DNA of 64,000 nt from an uncultured Chloroflexia bacterium (GCA_963848815.1 CAWKFY010000020.1:74760-138759); one strand, 5' to 3'. Shown: positions 32,024-41,692, counted from the stretch's first letter. The notes: a model not told the origin generated them from the sequence alone. Translations and numbers: made by a program.

Positions 32024-34144
32024 GTGGTTTACCGCAACTTTGAAAACCCAATGCGAATCATTCATACCCTGAGTCTTACGTTGAAGAAGATAGAGATGGT
32101 GAAAGGAAAATGCTCTAACCTTATACTTGTAAGAGTGGTACAATACTCCGTTAAAAACATTAAAATGTTAACCATATCAAATATTAGCAAGGCCTATGGC
32201 GACAGGGTTTTATTTTCCGATATTGCCTTAAATGTTAATGCCGGAGACCGCATTGCCCTGATAGGGCCAAACGGTTCAGGCAAGACCACGCTTATGGATA
32301 TACTAGTCTGTGAAACTGAAGCCGATTCCGGCAAGCTTCACAGGGAGAAGGATATCATCGTGGGATATTTAAAGCAGGATATAAGCCCATCCTCTGATAA
32401 ACAGCTTCTTCAAGAGGTACTGAATGCCTCTGAAACTATAAACACGATTGTACACAAGATGGACATTATACATGAGGCGCTGGAACGTGAAGCAGGAGAT
32501 GAGAATCATCAGAAGCTTGTGCGTGAACTGGGTGAACTGCAGTACGCCTATGAAACAGCAGGCGGTCACCATATTGAACATGAGGCAAAGACTATTCTCT
32601 CGGGATTGGGATTCAAGCAGCCGGATTTTCAGCGCACGCTGAATGAGTTCAGCGGAGGATGGCTGATGCGAGCCTACCTGGCGAAGCTGTTGCTGATGAA
32701 ACCAAATTTGCTGATGCTCGATGAACCGACAAATCACCTGGATATAAACTCCTGCATCTGGTTTGAAAAGTATCTTGCCGGGTACCGGGGAGCGGTAATT
32801 GTCACTTCACATGACCGCACATTTCTAAACCGCGTGGTAGATAAGGTATGGTCTATTGAGCCGGGCAAAGTGAAACAGTACAGCGGCAACTATGACGATT
32901 ATGTAATTGCACGTCAGAGGGAACTGGAACAGGCGCAGGATGAGGCTACCCGGCAGCAGAAGGAAATTCAAAGGGAGATGGAGTTTGTCCAGCGTTTCCG
33001 CGCCAAGGCTACCAAGGCTTCCCAGGCGCAGAGCCGCCTGAAACGCATTGAGAAAATACAAAAAGTTACAATAGCCAGGACTACTAAAAAGATACATTTT
33101 TCCTTTCCCGAGCCGCCTAAATGCGGCAAAGACGTTATTTCGTTAAAGCACATTAACAAGGCATACAGTGAACATGTTGTCTACCAGGACCTGAATTTTG
33201 TTATATCACGCAGGGACAAGGTGGCACTGGTTGGGCCGAACGGGGCGGGCAAGACCACTTTACTTAAGATACTGGCAGGAGTGCTGCCCTTTGAAAAAGG
33301 AGAGCGGGAACTGGGACACAATGTGAAAATGGCATACTATGCCCAGTATGTGCTCGATCTTCTTAACCCGGCTAACTCCATCATATCCGAGATACGGCAG
33401 TCGTCCCAGGACCTGACCGATCAAGAATTGAGGCAAATATTGGGCGGTTTTCTCTTCAGCGGAGATGACATACAGAAGCCAATCTCAGTTTTATCCGGCG
33501 GCGAGAAAGCGCGAGTGGCACTTGCCAAGATACTGGTTCAACCAGGCAACCTGCTGCTGATGGACGAACCGACCAACCACCTGGATATTGCATCGAGGGA
33601 AATACTGGCAGGTGCCCTAACTGATTACCGGGGTACGCTTTGCATGATAACGCATGACCGTACCTTCATTCAGCAGGTCGCCAACAAGATTATTGAGGTG
33701 GATGGCGGCAGACTCAAAATATACCCCGGTAACTATGACGATTATCTGTACTCAAAAGAACAGGAGGCATTCCTTGCCCGGGGTGAAGCAAAGGCCGTGC
33801 AGGTTTCTGATCATACCTGTAAAAACAACGGCGGAAGTAAAAATGCCGCTACGAATAATCCGAAGCAAAGGTGCGCGGGCAATATCCCGGGGAACACACT
33901 GCAACGCCAGGATATTAAAATTGCACAGAGAATTACTGAGATAGAAAAGAAGCTTGCAGCACTCGAATCCCAGCTATCTGAAATTGCAAAATTGCTTTCT
34001 GATCCGGCTCTCTACGATAACGCTACACAAGTAGCCAGCTCCGGCGAGGAGTATCAGCGTATAAGCCAGGAGATTAATCTGCTTACCAGGGAGTGGGAGG
34101 AGCTTTCAATTGAGGCAGAAAAGGCACGACAGCAAAGATGTTAA
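32024..34144 (+). CDS. ABC-F family ribosome-associated ATPase
   Basis: two GPNG.GKTT, two DEPTNHLD, no TM; real start probably at MLTISNI. Confidence 0.93.
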   Translation: MVYRNFENPMRIIHTLSLTLKKIEMVKGKCSNLILVRVVQYSVKNIKMLTISNISKAYGDRVLFSDIALNVNAGDRIALIGPNGSGKTTLMDILVCETEADSGKLHREKDIIVGYLKQDISPSSDKQLLQEVLNASETINTIVHKMDIIHEALEREAGDENHQKLVRELGELQYAYETAGGHHIEHEAKTILSGLGFKQPDFQRTLNEFSGGWLMRAYLAKLLLMKPNLLMLDEPTNHLDINSCIWFEKYLAGYRGAVIVTSHDRTFLNRVVDKVWSIEPGKVKQYSGNYDDYVIARQRELEQAQDEATRQQKEIQREMEFVQRFRAKATKASQAQSRLKRIEKIQKVTIARTTKKIHFSFPEPPKCGKDVISLKHINKAYSEHVVYQDLNFVISRRDKVALVGPNGAGKTTLLKILAGVLPFEKGERELGHNVKMAYYAQYVLDLLNPANSIISEIRQSSQDLTDQELRQILGGFLFSGDDIQKPISVLSGGEKARVALAKILVQPGNLLLMDEPTNHLDIASREILAGALTDYRGTLCMITHDRTFIQQVANKIIEVDGGRLKIYPGNYDDYLYSKEQEAFLARGEAKAVQVSDHTCKNNGGSKNAATNNPKQRCAGNIPGNTLQRQDIKIAQRITEIEKKLAALESQLSEIAKLLSDPALYDNATQVASSGEEYQRISQEINLLTREWEELSIEAEKARQQRC

Positions 34145-34740
34145 TCGATAATGATATCGAGAGAATTTAGTAAGGATAATGCCTCTGGCAAAGAAAAATG
34201 TGCCTGTTTAAGCGTATTATGCCTTGGATCAATTCCGTAATTAACAGCTCCTTTTAGATTTGCTTTTGTAAGATTGGTTCTAGCAAACACACTCCTCTCA
34301 AAATCTGTGCCCGTAAAACTTCCCTCACTTAGATCTGACTCGGTAAAATCTGTCTCTTTTGCCTCGCAGTTGATCATTTTCATTTTGGGCAATTTCAACA
34401 TTGCGAAATTGGAGTAGCTAATCTGACATTCTGTGAAATCAAGCCCATAAATCTGAGATGCTTTAGTCCAATCGATACCCATAACTTTGCATTTTGAGAA
34501 TTTTAAATCTGCGAATTGGCTATTCACTGGATTTATTGCACTTAATGTACATTCCTTGAAATGGCAATCAATGAACTTGCACTTCTCAAATTTGCAGTCT
34601 ATGAAGCTGCAACTATTAAACTCACATCCTTCAAATTCAACTGATTTGATGGTTTTATTTGACAACGAATAATTAACAAAGTTCTCGCTATCATAGCTAT
34701 CTCTGGCAAAACCGTTCATAGATTGCACTTGATCACTCAT
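34141..34740 (-). CDS. pentapeptide repeat protein
   Basis: F-x-x-C-x repeats throughout. Confidence 0.9.
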   Translation of the reverse strand: MSDQVQSMNGFARDSYDSENFVNYSLSNKTIKSVEFEGCEFNSCSFIDCKFEKCKFIDCHFKECTLSAINPVNSQFADLKFSKCKVMGIDWTKASQIYGLDFTECQISYSNFAMLKLPKMKMINCEAKETDFTESDLSEGSFTGTDFERSVFARTNLTKANLKGAVNYGIDPRHNTLKQAHFSLPEALSLLNSLDIIID

Positions 34741-34803
34741 TATTGCCTTCGACTTGATGGTTTTGACTAATCCCTTGTGATGTTGCGACGGAATTGAGAG
34801 GAT

Positions 34804-34845
34804 TGGTGGCAGCGGCCATGATTAAACTGGCGACCGGGGGCTTAT
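34804..34845 (-). repeat. tRNA(CAT) 3'-half copy 6 (diverged)
   Basis: tggtggcagcggccatgattaaactggcgaccgggggcttat. Confidence 0.8.
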
Positions 34846-34925
34846 ACGCGCTTGTTAGGTTCTCTATTATTATTGCAAATCTCATTTTTATATGAAATGA
34901 CTATGCATACAATGATTACCATTGC

Positions 34926-35264
34926 TCAATATCTCGGTGATGTACCAAGTTTATCACTCCATATTTGCATGAGCATTTTCAAATCTTCTATGAACTCATC
35001 CTGTGATTGATCTACCTTTTTCTCGAGCGGCTCAAGTATTTCGAAGGTAAATGCATCATTGCCAAATGTTGTCCAGTCCTCTTTTAGCCTCATATCTATG
35101 CAAGAACCGGCAGCAACCATGAAATTGAAGGCGTTTTGCTTTGCCTGAAGATTAGTGGCAAAGTCCAGCAGATACATCTCATTGCACGTATTCTTCACTC
35201 TATATATTCCGCCAATGGTTTTCCTCTGCTTGTATTCATTTGTGAGTATTTTTCTTTTATCTAT
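34926..35264 (-). CDS. small GIY-YIG-like protein; start codon reads ATA
   Basis: in-frame DKRKILTNEYKQRKTIGGIYRVKN upstream of the GTG; LKEDWTTFG..AFTFEILE. Confidence 0.7.
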   Translation of the reverse strand: MDKRKILTNEYKQRKTIGGIYRVKNTCNEMYLLDFATNLQAKQNAFNFMVAAGSCIDMRLKEDWTTFGNDAFTFEILEPLEKKVDQSQDEFIEDLKMLMQIWSDKLGTSPRY

Positions 35265-35323
35265 GATCCTTCCTCAATAAGAAATCATAAGCCCTGGGCC
35301 TGTCGAAGGGAATTTAAAATGAA

Positions 35324-35368
35324 TGGTGGCAGCGACTAGATTCGAACTAGTGACCAAGGGCTTATGAG
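35324..35368 (-). repeat. tRNA(CAT) 3'-half copy 5 (45/45 identical)
   Basis: exact match to 42923-42967. Confidence 0.98.
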
Positions 35369-35453
35369 CTTCCGTTCACTATATTTTTATTTGGATATAT
35401 TAGGAAGTATAATCAAACCCAACTGCTTGTACGCGGGCTTCCGGGAGCGACCA

Positions 35454-36290
35454 ATGACAACAGATAAGATCCACTTTACAAAAGAAAAAGAAACGATGCT
35501 CATGACCTTGAGCGGTCGAGCCATCCAGAGCCAATGGAAGAATCCCATCTTGCGCGATCCCTGGGCTGAAGAAGCGATGCGGCATATCGATTACGACATC
35601 GGCAAGCACTACAAGGGAGTGGGCTCGTGGAGCCTGTGGAGCGAGATCGGATGTACCATCATCGCCACGCGCGCCGCGACCTTTGATCTGCTCACGAACC
35701 GCTATCTGGCCGATCACCCGGATGCGACCGTGCTCCACGTGGGCTGCGGCATGGACAGCCGCGCCTTCCGTGTCAATCCGCCTGCCAGTGTCCAGTGGTT
35801 CGACGTGGATTACCCTGATGTGATCGACCTGCGCCGCCAACTGTTTCCCGAACGGGCCTCCTACCACCTGATAGGTGCATCGCTGGACGATTTACGCTGG
35901 TTGGACGAGGTCCCACGGGACCGGCCCGGGCTGCTTATCGCCGAGGGGGTGCTGCACTACCTGAGCGAAACGGAAGTGAAAGCGCTCCTCAATGCGGTGG
36001 TCGCTCACTTCCCCGGCGGTCAGATGATCTTCGATATCTGCAATCCGTGGATTGTGAAAAGAGCGGGCTCGAACGTCGGGGGCACGGGTGCAACCTACAA
36101 ATGGGGCCTCGATGATCCCCAGGACATCAAGCAGCTTGAGCCAAAGCTTGAGCTGATCAAGGAATTCAGACCAAGCGAACTGGTCGCGTTTTCCCGCTTC
36201 CCGTTGTGGTGGCGTGCCCTTTACCGACTGCAGGAGGTCATCCCCACGCTGCGCAGGATGGAACGCATGGTAGTCTATCGGTTTCAGTAA
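35454..36290 (+). CDS. class I SAM methyltransferase (TcmP/LCM-like)
   Basis: VLHVGCGMDSR, DVDYPDVI, IAEGVLHYL. Confidence 0.9.
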   Translation: MTTDKIHFTKEKETMLMTLSGRAIQSQWKNPILRDPWAEEAMRHIDYDIGKHYKGVGSWSLWSEIGCTIIATRAATFDLLTNRYLADHPDATVLHVGCGMDSRAFRVNPPASVQWFDVDYPDVIDLRRQLFPERASYHLIGASLDDLRWLDEVPRDRPGLLIAEGVLHYLSETEVKALLNAVVAHFPGGQMIFDICNPWIVKRAGSNVGGTGATYKWGLDDPQDIKQLEPKLELIKEFRPSELVAFSRFPLWWRALYRLQEVIPTLRRMERMVVYRFQ

Positions 36291-36303
36291 AGGCGTTGTT
36301 GAA

Positions 36304-37000
36304 ATGAGAACTACAAATAATGTTATAAAGAATCCCAAGGTACAGGTATGGCTCTGGCTTATTGTGTGCTTTGTCCTCATCGCATTCGCACTCTTTCTTT
36401 CGGCTGGGACGTTCAATTATTGGCAGGCATGGATCTATCTCGCCGTAGGCGCCCTATCCAGCGTTCCGCTCACGCTGTACATAACAAAAGACCCGATATT
36501 GCTCGAAAACAGGACGAAGGCCGGGCCTTCGGCGGAGCGGCGGCCCATCCAAAAGATCATCGTGCTTGTTCGCGGGGCTCCCGGCTATCGCAACGTTCAT
36601 CGTTCCCGGGCTCGATCACCGTTTCGGCTGGTCGAGCGTGCCGTCCTGGCTTTCCATTGTCGGCGACCTCTTAATTATCGTTGCAATGTGGATAGTCTAC
36701 CGCGTATTCAAAGAGAACTCTTTCGGCTCCGCCACGGTCGAGATCGGCAAGGATCAAAAGGTAATCTCCACCGGTCCCTACGCCATCGTGCGAAATCCGA
36801 TGTATTCTAGCGCGGCAGTGTACTTCATCGGCATGTCGCTCGCCCTTGGCTCTTATTGGGGACTTATCCCCGCCGTTCTTACGGTCCTTGGCCTTGTCTG
36901 GCGGCTCTTCGACGAGGAAAAGTTCCTTGCTCAAAATCTTCCTGGCTACAGGGAGTATTGCGCCAAAGTGCGTTGGCGTTTGATACCCGGCATTTTCTGA
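36304..37000 (+). CDS. isoprenylcysteine carboxyl methyltransferase family (frameshifted)
   Basis: VISTGPYAIVRNPMY, EEKFL, RLIPGIF. Confidence 0.85.
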
Positions 37001-37099
37001 CTTCGACATGGTGTCAGATTTGCCTTCAACCTTGCATGCCAACGGGAACTCGTTATACACTACCCTACGTAATGCTCTGGCTTGGAGTCAGGTAAAGGC

Positions 37100-37545
37100 T
37101 ATTTAAGTAGTGGCAGAACATTATGATAAGAAGGTGAAAAACGTGGACAGAAAAAGCATTTTGGAACAGGCACGGGAACGGTCGGATGTGATGCTCATAT
37201 TACTCGAGTTAGTTCTGAGCGTGGTATTCATTGTGGTGGGATATCTTACAGATAACAACTATTTCCGTGGAGTCGGTGTCGGATTAATAATTGCTTGGGT
37301 GACAAGTGCCATTGCCTATTTATACAAAAGGAAAATGGTAAAACCATGAGCAACGAAGAGCGTATGACATTCACTTCCCGGCCCAAACCTCTATTCCTCC
37401 ATTACCACCTTTGCCACTCCTTCCGAAGCTTCCTTTACCATTTCCATATCAAGACGTATTCAAGTGACTATTGACCAATCCCCTGTTCAATAACTGGTGC
37501 AATAAAAAGTTTGGTGGCAGCGACTAGATTCGAATTGGTGACCAA
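37100..37545 (+). repeat. duplicated segment, direct repeat of 41982-42415
   Basis: highly similar DNA including the small ORF, spacer and tRNA fragment; 37061-37091 also matches 41841-41871. Confidence 0.92.
37110..37349 (+). CDS. small two-TM protein, copy 1
   Basis: near-identical to 41992-42222. Confidence 0.6.
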   Translation: MAEHYDKKVKNVDRKSILEQARERSDVMLILLELVLSVVFIVVGYLTDNNYFRGVGVGLIIAWVTSAIAYLYKRKMVKP

Positions 37546-37552
37546 GATCTTA
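37512..37552 (-). repeat. tRNA(CAT) 3'-half copy 4
   Basis: tggtggcagcgactagattcgaattggtgaccaagatctta. Confidence 0.93.
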
Positions 37553-37561
37553 TTATTCGCA

Positions 37562-38128
37562 CTAAGGTAGCAGCTTAAATGTACGAATAAGACGGTCGAA
37601 ATCATTGTTAACCTGGTCCACCTTATCGAGTCCGGCATACACCCAGATGTCCCATGCTCTATCTTGATAGTCGAAGAATGCTATCTTTTCGAGTTGTGAG
37701 TGCAGATTAAGAGATGGAACATCCTCCGTGTAAAGCATTAATATCTCACAAGGTATGCCTGAAATATTGTCAGAGGAGCGCTCTATAAGTTCCCTGCCGG
37801 CAACGGAAAGCAGTCTATCAGCAGCCCCTCTTGCGTTGTGGTATTCAATTGGATAGTTATATATGGTACAACCCAACACTATCTCCGAGCCGTCTGACAG
37901 CTTGCCAATAAAGCGGACACCATTCACAGCCCTGGGATCAGAGTATGCATTATTCACGGTCATACTATAAGAATCAGGATATTGAAAAGAGTAATGGTCC
38001 GTTCCATTAAGCTGCTCAAAGGTTCTATAACTAGCAGTATTACAACCAAACAAGGTTATAAGATAGGCGAATACCATAGGTATGCACGTTATTGTTATGA
38101 AAAACTTCTTTCTTTTAACATCCAACAC
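37562..38128 (-). CDS. PsbP-like lipoprotein
   Basis: LFGC lipobox; YSFQYP...FDRLIRTFKLL. Confidence 0.65.
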   Translation of the reverse strand: MLDVKRKKFFITITCIPMVFAYLITLFGCNTASYRTFEQLNGTDHYSFQYPDSYSMTVNNAYSDPRAVNGVRFIGKLSDGSEIVLGCTIYNYPIEYHNARGAADRLLSVAGRELIERSSDNISGIPCEILMLYTEDVPSLNLHSQLEKIAFFDYQDRAWDIWVYAGLDKVDQVNNDFDRLIRTFKLLP

Positions 38129-38163
38129 TCCTCTATTTTATGATGCCTGAATGACAAAAGAAA

Positions 38164-38207
38164 GGTGGCAGCGACTAGATTCGAACTAGTGACCAAGGGC
38201 TTATGAG
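38164..38207 (-). repeat. tRNA(CAT) 3'-half copy 3 (44/44 identical)
   Basis: exact match to 42924-42967. Confidence 0.98.
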
Positions 38208-38326
38208 GGCCAAGTTCAGCTTTTGATATCGTTGCAGACTTCGTTTTACTACTTCTTTTCGCGATACTACGACTATATAAGAGGAAGGGACTATCGTCAA
38301 GACCAGATAGTATATTAACGCTACAC

Positions 38327-38932
38327 TTGACATATTTCGCAGTACAGTCCACTATGAAACAGAATATGACGTCGTCAGACTACATCAGTACTTTCTGTAG
38401 ACAGATTCGCTCGCGTTCAGAGGAACATCATAAAGCGATGGAACTACTGCAAACCGGAGGTGTGCCGTCACAAATGGTATCCATCCTACGTCAAGAACTT
38501 GACTCGATGATCAGAGTCATGTATTTATTATCTATCCCCGACCTTAAGTATCGCGCCGAATTGATGCACGCTTCAATTGAAGGCAAGAAATGGACACAAA
38601 AAGGCACCCGAAAAAGAATTACAGATAGAGATATGGTCGCATTTGCTAATAAACTGCAAGGCTGGGCTGAATCGGTATACCGATTTGGGTGCGATTTTAT
38701 TCACCTTTCGAATTTCCACGATTATCGAAACCGTGACCCTATGGAATCCATATCCCAAAATGAGAAGAAGTCCATACTTAAGCATATGCGCTACTATCAT
38801 GGCGGTCCTCTCTGTTCGAATCCGACATTCGCCGATTTGATTCCGTATTTACCACGGGTGTTCGAAAAAATATCATCGAATCTCGAATGTTATGTGAAAG
38901 ATCTTGAGCACGATAAGAGTTTATCTGAATAG
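38327..38932 (+). CDS. hypothetical helical protein, possibly DUF5677/HEPN-like
   Basis: ILRQELDSMIR...YRFGCDFIH pattern. Confidence 0.55.
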   Translation: MTYFAVQSTMKQNMTSSDYISTFCRQIRSRSEEHHKAMELLQTGGVPSQMVSILRQELDSMIRVMYLLSIPDLKYRAELMHASIEGKKWTQKGTRKRITDRDMVAFANKLQGWAESVYRFGCDFIHLSNFHDYRNRDPMESISQNEKKSILKHMRYYHGGPLCSNPTFADLIPYLPRVFEKISSNLECYVKDLEHDKSLSE

Positions 38933-39039
38933 CACTCAATCGTACCGTACGATTTACCCTCAACCTAACAGGATAGCAGGAAGCTATCAATGGCTTGCTT
39001 TATTGTAGTAACTTTTACTTTCGTGGACATTGAACCTCT

Positions 39040-39110
39040 CCTTATTCTCGTTTGAGTGCGTGAGAAGATAGTCTCGAACTAGCAGAAGGTCAATAGGAAC
39101 GTGGATACCA
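39040..39110 (-). pseudogene. putative tyrosine-integrase 5' remnant
   Basis: VPIDLLLVRDYLLTHSNENK; DNA homologous to 41763-41825. Confidence 0.5.
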
Positions 39111-39145
39111 GTTTTTGATTTGACTGAGGCTTAAAGTGGAAGAAA

Positions 39146-39181
39146 TGGTGGCAGCGACTGGGATTGAACCAGTGACCAAGG
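39146..39181 (-). repeat. tRNA(CAT) 3'-end copy 2 (variant T-arm allele)
   Basis: tggtggcagcgactgggattgaaccagtgaccaagg. Confidence 0.9.
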
Positions 39182-39194
39182 TCTGCCCTCTGCC

Positions 39195-40400
39195 CTACAA
39201 GTGGCAATTGCACCGTCCCATGTTCTCTACGAGGCCAGTACTTTCCCAAAGCGCTTTTTCCTCTAGGCAAAGGGCAATATCCAGGTGTGGGCGAAGGCGC
39301 CGCGCAGATTGGATGATCAGCGAATAGATCTCGTGTCGGACGCTACGGGGATAGCGCGCCCTCCCGTCTTCTGCTTTGGGAGACGCACGGTCGATGTGCT
39401 CCGACACTATATTCCGCGCTCCCATTTTCCTCTCCATAAGGTCAAGAGCACCCCGATAGATACAAATTCCGCCGAGGGTCAGACGCTGTATGGGCACAGT
39501 CTCAAGGAGGCGCTTCGTGAATGCACTGTACACATCTTGCCAGCCGTCAATCGGAATGATAGGCATCATAATGGCGCGCACGGGGTAACCGCATTCGGAA
39601 ACTCGACGCATGGCGTCGAGACGCTCATTGACACCAGGAATGTTCTCCTCAAAGACGGAAGATACTTCCGGAGGATTCACGCTCCACGAAAGGAAGGAGT
39701 GCCCGCGGTGATCCAAGCCCAACAGCCGGTCAACGTAAGCGCTCTTCGTTAGAAGGGTAAGTCGAGCCCATGGATGCTCGGCGAAGAAAGACACCAGTAG
39801 CGTGGAGTAAGCTGTGAGAGAATCCAGAGCCAGGGAATCCTGGAGCTTGCCGAGGTAGAACGCCGTGGGGGTTGCTATTCTTCGCGCAATAGTATCGATT
39901 TGTTGCAGTATTTCGGGTAAGTTGACGTATATCTTGACCGAGGGCGAGAACTTAACGCCAGGGGTTCCGGCCAGGTAGCAGTACCTGCAACCGTACGGGC
40001 AGAATCCATAGGGAGAGAAGTGCCAGTAGTTTGGGCAGGCGTTTCCCTTTTCTTCGGCAAAACGCACTGCGGACGCAAGCTCACCGAACACAAGGGTATG
40101 CTTCCCGGCCCGCTGAAGACTGAGAGGGTCTCGTCCACCCAATTCCAACTGGCTATGTGACGTGTGAATCCGTTCTTCCACGCGCGCCTCCGGGTAAAGA
40201 TCGCAGATGCGTTCGACAAAGCGTCTACGCTCCAAAGTGGCCATACTACCCTTGGCAAGATAGATTTGAGACGGCTGAAAGTGGGCTGGGCGAATGGGTT
40301 CGTAGTCCCGCGGTAGGGTTAGAGAGAAGGCTTGCTGTTGAAATAGGTTTAACTGCTCGGTGTTAGAGATCGCGCGTGCTCCTGCCCAATTAGAACGCAT
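39195..40400 (-). CDS. spore photoproduct lyase-like radical SAM protein
   Basis: CPYGCRYCYL, LLTKS, SWSVNP, LCLE, C-terminal CNC. Confidence 0.85.
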   Translation of the reverse strand: MRSNWAGARAISNTEQLNLFQQQAFSLTLPRDYEPIRPAHFQPSQIYLAKGSMATLERRRFVERICDLYPEARVEERIHTSHSQLELGGRDPLSLQRAGKHTLVFGELASAVRFAEEKGNACPNYWHFSPYGFCPYGCRYCYLAGTPGVKFSPSVKIYVNLPEILQQIDTIARRIATPTAFYLGKLQDSLALDSLTAYSTLLVSFFAEHPWARLTLLTKSAYVDRLLGLDHRGHSFLSWSVNPPEVSSVFEENIPGVNERLDAMRRVSECGYPVRAIMMPIIPIDGWQDVYSAFTKRLLETVPIQRLTLGGICIYRGALDLMERKMGARNIVSEHIDRASPKAEDGRARYPRSVRHEIYSLIIQSARRLRPHLDIALCLEEKALWESTGLVENMGRCNCHL

Positions 40401-40517
40401 GTACTAGTCTAACCCATAAACGAGAGGATTGCAAGACCACCATTGAGGCGACACAAACGTGTTGAGTTGCGTGGGGCAACTTGCTATGCTCAGCATAAGT
40501 AATTAGAACACATGTTC
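40393..40517. promoter_or_regulatory. two putative LexA (Cheo-type) SOS boxes
   Basis: GAAC-ACAT-GTTC at 40506-40517 and GAAC-GCAT-GTAC at 40393-40404. Confidence 0.65.
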
Positions 40518-40540
40518 GGTCTGGTTCCCCTTAACCGAAC

Positions 40541-41476
40541 TTGCTCAAAGGTGGTGAAAAATACATGCTCGCGCACAAAACTCTGAATAATTACGAATGG
40601 CGGCGACTTCACGAGAGGCTCGATAGAGCCATAGCGGAGGCGGCACTTGGCTACTTGCACGAACTCACAATTCGCCGAATACCCATCAATGCACAACAGT
40701 TGGCTGGCGAGCTAGATGAATTAAGATTGGGTAGAGAACCCGATTATGACGTGCCGGGCATCCCTCTCGTTTACGCTCTGAAGTATATGCCCAGGCGCAT
40801 TGTTTCAATATTCGGATCATTGTTTTCCGTACTTGATGGCTGGTACCCGAAGTCGGTACTAGATGTTGGGAGCGGAACTGGAGCGACAGCCATTGCGATG
40901 GATTTGCTGGAACTCCCTCGTCATATCAATCTCTTGGGAATTGAGCCAAGCCAGGAGATGATTCGTTTCTCGGAATGTTCCAGATGGTGGGGCCGTGTCT
41001 CAACCAAATATAGACGAGTCTCGATTGCCGACTTGGCAAAGGATAGCGCAGAACTTATGACCTTCGATTTGGTCGTCTTTTCTGCCTGCTTCCCATATGG
41101 CTTTGACAACTGGAGTCCTTTACTGACCGCGCTTGGTGACTATGAGGGACAAGAGTCTAAGATGATCTTGGCAGTCGAGCCCGAGGCGAAGGCTGACCTC
41201 TTGGCGTCTTTTCAACATCGACTCAGATCCAGGGGTTGGCCGACTATCACCTTCTGCTGTCACGATCTTCCAGACGCAATAAAGGACGATACTCTTACGC
41301 TCCGTGAAATGTTGAATGTATGGCGGCGTCTTGGCATGGACGAGTCAAATCGACCCAAGACCTGGTGGAATCCACCCAACGACAAGTTTTTGGTGGCAAA
41401 CCCCAAACCCATACGACCGTGCAGTCAGCCGACGATCCATGGCTCGTTATCTCCTATCAAAGTCCTGCATTGGTAA
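40541..41476 (+). CDS. class I SAM methyltransferase (Rsm22-like)
   Basis: YALKYMP, VLDVGSGTGA, IEPS, LAVEP. Confidence 0.75.
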   Translation: MLKGGEKYMLAHKTLNNYEWRRLHERLDRAIAEAALGYLHELTIRRIPINAQQLAGELDELRLGREPDYDVPGIPLVYALKYMPRRIVSIFGSLFSVLDGWYPKSVLDVGSGTGATAIAMDLLELPRHINLLGIEPSQEMIRFSECSRWWGRVSTKYRRVSIADLAKDSAELMTFDLVVFSACFPYGFDNWSPLLTALGDYEGQESKMILAVEPEAKADLLASFQHRLRSRGWPTITFCCHDLPDAIKDDTLTLREMLNVWRRLGMDESNRPKTWWNPPNDKFLVANPKPIRPCSQPTIHGSLSPIKVLHW

Positions 41477-41692
41477 TATCCCTTATAAGTCCCAATTTCA
41501 CACGAGAGTGTGGTGGAGTCGTCACCGAACAAGCACGCTGATCCAAATTGGTGTGTTGACCCTTGTTGTCAAAAGTCTGACTTATATTTCGAAAAATCAG
41601 GGGTACTCTCCCTTTTTCGGTCTCAGCCCAATTAATATGTCAACAGAACCGAGGAGATTATAGTTCATGCTGGACTTTAAATAGGGGTAAGA

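Noticed and set aside
35285-35295. Inverted 11-bp copy of the anticodon region (TCATAAGCCCT) near the fragment at 35324
   Set aside because: Single short occurrence not seen beside other fragments; could be chance.
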